Part shown: positions 57,790 through 63,489 of the stretch, piece by piece
How positions within the stretch are numbered: position 1 is the stretch's first letter
Layout of the letters: each line of letters begins with the position of its first letter
Source: Spirochaetales bacterium
GTDB taxonomy: Bacteria > Spirochaetota > Spirochaetia > Treponematales > UBA12059
Direction: 5' to 3'
DNA length: 63,489 nucleotides
NCBI GenBank assembly: GCA_016928955.1
Contig: JAFGJV010000058.1
Span: forward strand, 1 to 63,489
Notes under the pieces: model-generated
Database searches by the model: none
What the model was told of the DNA's origin: nothing
What the model saw: the letters and a program-made list of their open reading frames with translations, nothing else
Translations under genes and position numbers: made by a program

Positions 57790-58485
57790 TCAGGCGGGGA
57801 ACACGTACAGATCTGGCAACTTGTGCACTACCTGCATAGAAAAGGAAGCGTCCGCGCTTGCTTGGGCCGTAACGTCCAGCTCCAGGTAGTGGACCATGGG
57901 CTCGTATCCCTCCACGGCCGTCTCTATGGAAAACGCAAAGTTGCGGACCGCGCCCGTCGCATCCGCCGTGGCAGGCCGCGGCCAGAAAATGAAGGTGCCC
58001 GCCGTGTTCCTCACGATCGGATAGGGATTCTGCCAGTTGGCGTCCATCATGGTCACCAGGGCCCCGTCCTCCTTGAGGCTGACCGTGCCCTGGGCTATGG
58101 GCTCAAAATTGTTGCCGTTGAACAGGCGGCCCATGATGGGCGGTACGTTGAAGGCCGGCCCTGCCGGCAAGGCTTCCGGCTCCAAGCGGCGATCGTGGGG
58201 GTGGTTGGGACGCTTGGCCGAGTTGATCTGGGCCCAGCCCTCCCGTACCAAGGACACCACATCGGCGGTGCGCTGGAGCTTCTCCACGTAATCCATTTCC
58301 GAATACGCCACGCCGCGCCCGGACACCACGTACTCGGGTTTCAGGCGGTTAAGCACGTAACAGGCAACGTCCATCCTGCACTGGGAACAGGTGCACCAGG
58401 ATCCGGCCTGGCCGCGTTCCTCCGCGTCGAACAGCTCGTTGACGGTGGCCTTGACGAGCTCTTCCATCAGGTTGTGGATGTCCAT
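57790..58485 (-). CDS. ComFB-family protein with C-terminal beta-rich domain
   Basis: HNLMEELV, CTCSQCRMDVACYVLNRLKPEYVVS, RPNH. Confidence 0.88.
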   Translation of the reverse strand: MDIHNLMEELVKATVNELFDAEERGQAGSWCTCSQCRMDVACYVLNRLKPEYVVSGRGVAYSEMDYVEKLQRTADVVSLVREGWAQINSAKRPNHPHDRRLEPEALPAGPAFNVPPIMGRLFNGNNFEPIAQGTVSLKEDGALVTMMDANWQNPYPIVRNTAGTFIFWPRPATADATGAVRNFAFSIETAVEGYEPMVHYLELDVTAQASADASFSMQVVHKLPDLYVFPA

Positions 58486-59243
58486 GCGTCCTCCGGATGT
58501 CCGCCCCGCCCCGTCGGCGCCAGGGCTCGGAACAGGTTCTCCCGTACCAGTGTATCGATTTTAGCCAATTCCGCAAGCACGGGCTTGTACGCCTGCCTTC
58601 TGGACAGGCTGGATCGTGGGCAGGAGTCGGCCAGCACGGGCAGGCCAAGGCGCGACACGAGCGTGCGTATGCTGGACTCCCGCACCATGATCAGGGGACG
58701 CACCAGCGTGTACTGCCCAAAGAAGCCGGCCACCGGCCGCAGGGGCTCCGCCCTGCCCGCCCGCGCCAGGTTCATGATGGCCGTCAGGGCAAAGTCGTCC
58801 AGGTGGTGGCCAAGGGCAACAACGCCGCAGCCCAGGTCCCGCGCCGCCTCGAACAGCACGCGCCTTCTTTCGCGCGAGCACACATAGCAATCCAGGCCGC
58901 CGTCTTTCATGGCGCGAGGCAGGGGCCTCCGCTCCAGGCTGAAAGTCGCGCCCAGGGCCGCGGCCAGGTCATTCAGGGCATTGAGGTCGTCGGGACGGGC
59001 ATCCATGCCTTCCCACTCGACGCGTACCGCGTGTATTCCGTAGTCGTCCTTGACCCTGCGACGCCTGAGGGCCAGGGCCACGAGCAGGGCCAGGGAGTCC
59101 TTGCCGCCAGACAGTCCGACCAGGACCCTGTCGCCGTTGGCCACCATGCCGTAGCGGTGCACCGCCTTGCCCGCGAGCGACAGAAAACGCTGGACATAGC
59201 CCGGGTAGCGGCCGTCCAGGACGGCCCTCAGCTGGTCGTTCAC
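58467..59243 (-). CDS. ttcA: TtcA-family tRNA 2-thiocytidine synthase (PP-loop)
   Basis: SGGKDS, CYVCSRERR, LGHHLDD, VRPL. Confidence 0.85.
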   Translation of the reverse strand: MNDQLRAVLDGRYPGYVQRFLSLAGKAVHRYGMVANGDRVLVGLSGGKDSLALLVALALRRRRVKDDYGIHAVRVEWEGMDARPDDLNALNDLAAALGATFSLERRPLPRAMKDGGLDCYVCSRERRRVLFEAARDLGCGVVALGHHLDDFALTAIMNLARAGRAEPLRPVAGFFGQYTLVRPLIMVRESSIRTLVSRLGLPVLADSCPRSSLSRRQAYKPVLAELAKIDTLVRENLFRALAPTGRGGHPEDAWTSTT

Positions 59244-60484
59244 GCCTCCGGGCCCAGGATACTGCGGGCAGCCAGGGCCACGCGGTCCGGCTGCCCGTCG
59301 GTGTACACCCTGAGCACGCGCAGGGATCTGGTGAAGGACGACACCACCTCGGGGCGGAACACGGTGGCGGACTCGGAGAACGAGCCGCCCGATCCGAGCA
59401 CGGGCAGGTCTGACTCAAAGGATATGGGCTCAGGCAGGTCGACGATGACCGAGCGCCCTCGTTCGTCCGCCGGGAGGGCGTCCGTTATGGCCGTTTCCAC
59501 ATCCGCGCGGCTGTCCAGGCTTGCCGCGGCCGCGTGGGCGGGCAAGGCCTCCTCGTAGGGCAGTTCCAGGCAACAGCGCATGAGGGCACCAGACTTGACG
59601 GCGGCTATCATGCCCAGCCTATCGCGGCCTTCCATGAGGGCGTAAAAACCTGCGTCGTCCAGCCCGTACAGGGCATCTGGCTCGAGGGTGCCGGAGGCCA
59701 GGGCGCTTACCACGGCCTTCTTGATCATGGCCGTGGCTGCGCGGACGCCCCGGTGCCAGTACACGGCCTTGTACATCTGGTATTTGCTGAACAGCACGGC
59801 CTCGACCGCCATGACGCCGCGCCCGTCCACGCCGGGCCGTCCGTCGTCGCCCATCCCGATATGCTGCAGCACAAAATCAACGTCCTGCAGGCCGTAGGGC
59901 ACGCCGCAAGCCCAGGCGTCGCGGTTGAGGTAATCCAGCTTGTCCGGGTCCAGGACACCGGACAACAGGCGCCTAAAGAGGCCGAGCCAGGGCGCGTCCG
60001 CGCTGGGAGCGGGCAGGTCCTGGTCGACGATAGCCGCCACCAGCTCCGGATCGGCACCGGCCCCGCGGATGAACGGCGACAGGGAGCCTGTCACGATCCT
60101 GGCGGTCAGCGCCTCGTGCTCGGCCAGGGGCAGTTCCTTAAGGGAATGGGCGTAGGGGAAATGCCCAAGGTCGTGGCAGAGCGCGGCCAGCAGGAAAGCC
60201 CGTGCAGATGCCTGATCCATGCCGTCCAGGCAGCCTGTCGAGGCCAGGGCAGACAGCTGGCGCCTGGCCATCTCGTACACGCCTATGGAGTGGGCGCGGC
60301 GCGTGTGGGTGGCGCCGGGATACACCAGATGGGCCGGCCCGAGCTGGAGTATGCGCGACAACTGCACGAATTCGGGCGCTTCTATGACCGGCAGGAAGGA
60401 CGGCGGTAGCAGTATGTTGCGCCAGATGGGATCGCGCACGGGCTCCGTAAAAGCGGTGCCAAACAGCCTGGAATCGTCGAACAT
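59240..60484 (-). CDS. HD-domain phosphohydrolase (SAMHD1/dNTPase-like)
   Basis: RDPIW, RILQLG..VYPGATHTRRAHSIG, CHDLGHFPYAH, DPDKLDYLNRD, MYKAVYWH. Confidence 0.9.
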   Translation of the reverse strand: MFDDSRLFGTAFTEPVRDPIWRNILLPPSFLPVIEAPEFVQLSRILQLGPAHLVYPGATHTRRAHSIGVYEMARRQLSALASTGCLDGMDQASARAFLLAALCHDLGHFPYAHSLKELPLAEHEALTARIVTGSLSPFIRGAGADPELVAAIVDQDLPAPSADAPWLGLFRRLLSGVLDPDKLDYLNRDAWACGVPYGLQDVDFVLQHIGMGDDGRPGVDGRGVMAVEAVLFSKYQMYKAVYWHRGVRAATAMIKKAVVSALASGTLEPDALYGLDDAGFYALMEGRDRLGMIAAVKSGALMRCCLELPYEEALPAHAAAASLDSRADVETAITDALPADERGRSVIVDLPEPISFESDLPVLGSGGSFSESATVFRPEVVSSFTRSLRVLRVYTDGQPDRVALAARSILGPEA

Positions 60485-60500
60485 GAGTCCCCCTTCCGCC

Positions 60501-60533
60501 TTGCCTGACCGTACCAAGCACGATACTATAGCA
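60501..60533. promoter_or_regulatory. Overlapping divergent sigma70 promoters (HD operon and lipoprotein)
   Basis: Plus strand TTGCCT-N17-TACTAT; minus strand extended -10 TGCTATAGT over the same bases. Confidence 0.55.
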
Positions 60534-60538
60534 CGCGC

Positions 60539-61333
60539 ATGAAACAGCCGTCACCGAGCGGAGCGCTCGCCGCCACAGCCTTGTTGTGCCTCTTGCTGGC
60601 AGCCTGCCCCAGGACCGGGGATACCCAGGCCCCCGGGAACGGCTCCCTGCCCGAGACGGTGCGAATCGAACCCGGGAACGCAGGCTCGGACACGACGCCC
60701 GAACCGCCGGCGCCCCTCCCCGAGCCCCCGGCCGTTGAGACAGCCGATGAAAGCGGCGCACCCAGAGGCGCCGTGCCCCTGGAACCCGGCCTGCCGCGGC
60801 CGCCGCTCGGACAGAACTCGGCCCAGGCTGACCCAAAGCCCAAACAGCCGGGGCCGCCCGTAACCAGCGCCCTTGGCGGCCACGAGCGCTTCCTGACGCG
60901 CCGCCCCCTGGACCTGACACCCGCCCGCGATTTCCAGCTCGGGCTCCTGGCGTCGGGCACGGAACCGGGGTACGCGCCCGTATCCGCCCTGGCCGCAGGC
61001 CTTGCCAAACGCGTGCTGCCGGCGTCGGCCTTTACCGGGGACGCGTATGCGGTGGCCTTTGGCCTGTATGCCGACGCCCTCGGTTCGGCCGCTGAGCCCG
61101 CGGATGTGCGCGTGGCCGCCCCCCAGGCCGCCCCCGGCGGGGGCCAGTGGTACGAGCTGGCCATACTCGGCACGGGCTACCGCGTACTTGCCGGCGCCCT
61201 GGCCTATCCCCAGGAAAACAGCGCCTGGCTGATAGAGCATTTCGAGCTGGACACGGCCGCCTTTGGCCGCGAGCGCCCGAGCACGGAGTCCTGGGACCCC
61301 TACGCCACGCCCGCGCCCCGCCCCTGGAAATAG
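60539..61333 (+). CDS. Putative lipoprotein with Pro-rich linker
   Basis: Signal peptide ending LLLAAC, P/E-rich linker, globular C-terminus. Confidence 0.65.
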   Translation: MKQPSPSGALAATALLCLLLAACPRTGDTQAPGNGSLPETVRIEPGNAGSDTTPEPPAPLPEPPAVETADESGAPRGAVPLEPGLPRPPLGQNSAQADPKPKQPGPPVTSALGGHERFLTRRPLDLTPARDFQLGLLASGTEPGYAPVSALAAGLAKRVLPASAFTGDAYAVAFGLYADALGSAAEPADVRVAAPQAAPGGGQWYELAILGTGYRVLAGALAYPQENSAWLIEHFELDTAAFGRERPSTESWDPYATPAPRPWK

Positions 61334-61366
61334 GCGGCAAAGAGCGCCATACTTCATTTCCTAATC

Positions 61367-62614
61367 ATGGCAACCCTGGTCAAGAACATAGAACGCGAAT
61401 TCCTCCTCCAGGCGGCCAAGCGCGAGCGCGCCGTCCTGTCCATGTCGGCTGGCGGGGGAGAGTGGAATACCCATATCATGGATGTGGGACCGGGCTCGAT
61501 AACGCTCGAGCATGGCGCCCCCCTGTCGGCGCTCCGCAAGGGCGCCATCCTGGAGTTCCGCTGCGCCCTGCGTGGCCAGACCCTTGCCTTCAAGACCACG
61601 GTCCTGGAGCCAGGGGCGCGCACGCTCAAAGTCGCCCTGCCGGACAAGCTGTACAAAAACCTCCTCAGGCGCTTTGCCCGGATGGCGCCTCCGGGTGACC
61701 TCTCCGCGTCGTTCTCGTTTCTGGGCGAGCGTTATGACCTGGATTTCCCCTCGGGCGGGGCGTACGGCCCCAGCGACAGCTTCCAGCCATCCGAGGATTT
61801 CAATCCCGCCGACATCAGGGAACTGGTGGCAGAGTTCGACCGCAAGGCAGGAGGGGCCGCGTCCGAACACGGCATCGTCATGTACAAAAACCGCATTCCC
61901 CAGGGGCCCGTGGAACGCCTGGCCGCGGATACCGGCCGCGCTTTTTACCTGCCGTCCATACTGTCCGGCCTGCCCCTGAGCGATCCCTTTGCAGAGCGCA
62001 CCATACTCACGCGGGACGACTTTCTGTCCTGGTTCATGGACGAAGAGGGCCTGGACCGCGAATTCGCCGAGGACGAGGTGGTACGGCTCGAGAGGGCCAA
62101 GCGCAACGACGGGGTGCTGTCCGAGCTGCTGGTGCCCGTGCTCTTCCAGGAATACGTGCTCGGACACGTGTCGGTTACCAACAAGCGCCAGGGCCATCCG
62201 CCCCTGGACCTCAAGGCCGTGGAAACCTTCGGCGCCTTCGCGCGGGCCCTGGCCTGGTCGCTCAAGCTCCATGGCTACTTCAAGGGCTCTCCCCGCCTGG
62301 ACGACAGCTACGCCACGGAGGTGCTGGACGTGTCAGCCGGGGGGCTGTTGTTCGCGTGCCGCGACGCGCGGCTCATACAGGCCCTGAAAGACGGCTCCGA
62401 GGTCAATGTGCGCGTCAGCGCCAAGCGCCGGAACGTGGACGCGGTCGGCGTCATCCGCAGGCATTACGCCGCCACCAGGGAAGGCCTCTTTGGCATCGAG
62501 TTCACCGGAATGGCGCCTGAGGACTTCCGATTCCTCTTCGAGTACCTGTACGGCCGGGCCTTCACGGACGGCGACGCCGATTCTGTGGAAGGCGTCCGGG
62601 TGCTCAGGCCCTGA
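61367..62614 (+). CDS. PilZ-domain protein with GAF-like insert (DUF1577-like), paralog of 2012-3244
   Basis: RRFAR (RxxxR), LDVSAGG (DxSxxG), shared FARALAW.LK..GYFKG. Confidence 0.75.
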   Translation: MATLVKNIEREFLLQAAKRERAVLSMSAGGGEWNTHIMDVGPGSITLEHGAPLSALRKGAILEFRCALRGQTLAFKTTVLEPGARTLKVALPDKLYKNLLRRFARMAPPGDLSASFSFLGERYDLDFPSGGAYGPSDSFQPSEDFNPADIRELVAEFDRKAGGAASEHGIVMYKNRIPQGPVERLAADTGRAFYLPSILSGLPLSDPFAERTILTRDDFLSWFMDEEGLDREFAEDEVVRLERAKRNDGVLSELLVPVLFQEYVLGHVSVTNKRQGHPPLDLKAVETFGAFARALAWSLKLHGYFKGSPRLDDSYATEVLDVSAGGLLFACRDARLIQALKDGSEVNVRVSAKRRNVDAVGVIRRHYAATREGLFGIEFTGMAPEDFRFLFEYLYGRAFTDGDADSVEGVRVLRP

Positions 62615-62627
62615 AGGCCATGGCCGC

Positions 62628-62665
62628 AAAAAAAACCGCGCCCTTGTGTGGCGCGGTTTTTTTTT
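62628..62665. terminator. Bidirectional intrinsic terminator
   Basis: A8-CCGCGCC-loop-GGCGCGG-T9 between convergent genes. Confidence 0.88.
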
Positions 62666-62677
62666 CGAGTGCCGGCG

Positions 62678-63235
62678 TCAGCCTATGGCGTGCTTCTTCT
62701 GCGGGAATTTCTTCAGCATGGCCACGGCGTTGCGCTTGTTGTTGAACACAAAGCCGCCGTTCCAGTATTCCAGCGCGGCGAACAGGGCGTTGCCGCCGTC
62801 GTTGTCGTCGCTCTTTTGCGTGCGGAAGGACACAAAGTCTGACAGCTTCTCAAAATCCTGCTCGGACAGGATTTCCAGGCGCTTGCGGTTGAACGCGTTC
62901 CATTTCTCCAGGTCCTTGAAACCGTCGCCCTCGTCCTGGACGATCAGGTGGGCGTGGGTGGAGTCGAATGAGTACCACACGCGCACCTTCTTGGCCGTGT
63001 CGCTGTGGTTGCCGTGCTTGACGGCGTTCTTGATCACCTCGGATATCTGCTGCTCCAGGAGGTTGATCTCCTTGATTTCCAGCGGGGCCGACTGGACGAT
63101 CAGCAGGGTGAAATAGCGTATCTGCCGGTAGTCCGACGGGAACTCCTTGAACAGCATGCCGGTCTTGTCGAACAGGGGGCTGTTCTCGTCAACGCGGATT
63201 TCGTGGATCTCGCTCAGATAGGTTTTGTCTGACAT
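62678..63235 (-). CDS. RsbW/SpoIIAB-like anti-sigma factor kinase (HATPase fold)
   Basis: SEVIKNAVKHGN, VQDEGDGF; ATG 63235 after AGGAG. Confidence 0.82.
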   Translation of the reverse strand: MSDKTYLSEIHEIRVDENSPLFDKTGMLFKEFPSDYRQIRYFTLLIVQSAPLEIKEINLLEQQISEVIKNAVKHGNHSDTAKKVRVWYSFDSTHAHLIVQDEGDGFKDLEKWNAFNRKRLEILSEQDFEKLSDFVSFRTQKSDDNDGGNALFAALEYWNGGFVFNNKRNAVAMLKKFPQKKHAIG

Positions 63236-63243
63236 AGGTTCTC

Positions 63244-63489
63244 CTAGTCTTCCATCTGCTGGATGGCTTCCTCGATGCTGTTGGTGATCGGGAAGTAGCC
63301 CATGAGCTTGGTCAGCTCGATGACCTTTTTGACCGAACCGTGGATGTTCGTGATGATGAGCTTGAGGTTCATCTTCTTGATGGTCGAGCAAATGTAGATG
63401 AGGGCGCCTATTCCGCTCGAGTCGATATAGTCGACGTTTTCCAGGTTGATGATGAAGCGCTCGACCTTCTTCTCGAGCATCTTCATGAC
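63244..63489 (-). CDS. STAS-domain anti-sigma factor antagonist (5' end beyond the window)
   Basis: INLENVDYIDSSGIGAL, VKKVIELTKL. Confidence 0.9.
   Translation of the reverse strand, partial: VMKMLEKKVERFIINLENVDYIDSSGIGALIYICSTIKKMNLKLIITNIHGSVKKVIELTKLMGYFPITNSIEEAIQQMED

Noticed and set aside
1..63489. Numerous long antisense or alternative-frame ORFs (e.g. 36616-38730 +, 21005-22390 +, 50477-52000 +)
   Set aside because: Shadows of GC-rich codon usage opposite well-supported genes; no recognisable motifs.

Overview
GC-rich chromosomal segment from a motile spirochete (Spirochaetales). The assignment rests on FlbB, a FlgE with the lysinoalanine Lys/Cys pair, and the murG-cvpA-holB-hk2-rrp2 and dcw-to-flagellar gene orders. 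The core is a ~47 kb run of co-oriented minus-strand genes: mraZ-rsmH-ftsL-murF-mraY-ftsW-ftsQ-ftsA-ftsZ-xerD-TPR-dprA-topA-xerC-hslVU, then the basal-body/hook/motor/export cluster flgB..flhG, then flgV-fliA-fapA-hypothetical-swrB-like, ending in a divergent Hsp70 and a J-domain/HEAT-repeat protein. Left flank: recQ, a split-PilZ protein, pgi, murG, cvpA, a holB-like gene and a sigma54-type two-component system. Right flank: HD hydrolase-ttcA-comFB, a lipoprotein, a second split-PilZ paralog and an anti-sigma/STAS pair. I saw no rRNA, tRNA, CRISPR array, prophage or transposase. The region is mostly housekeeping. The best candidates for under-described biology are a flagellar-operon-linked Hsp70 + J-HEAT chaperone pair, a FliF-like C-terminal helix on FlgV, clustered c-di-GMP receptor candidates, a CTG start for ftsA, a Prp-like LQWFA motif on FlhB and internal promoters subdividing the flagellar cluster. 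All calls come from motif recognition by eye; Borrelia/Treponema comparisons are from recalled literature, not searches.
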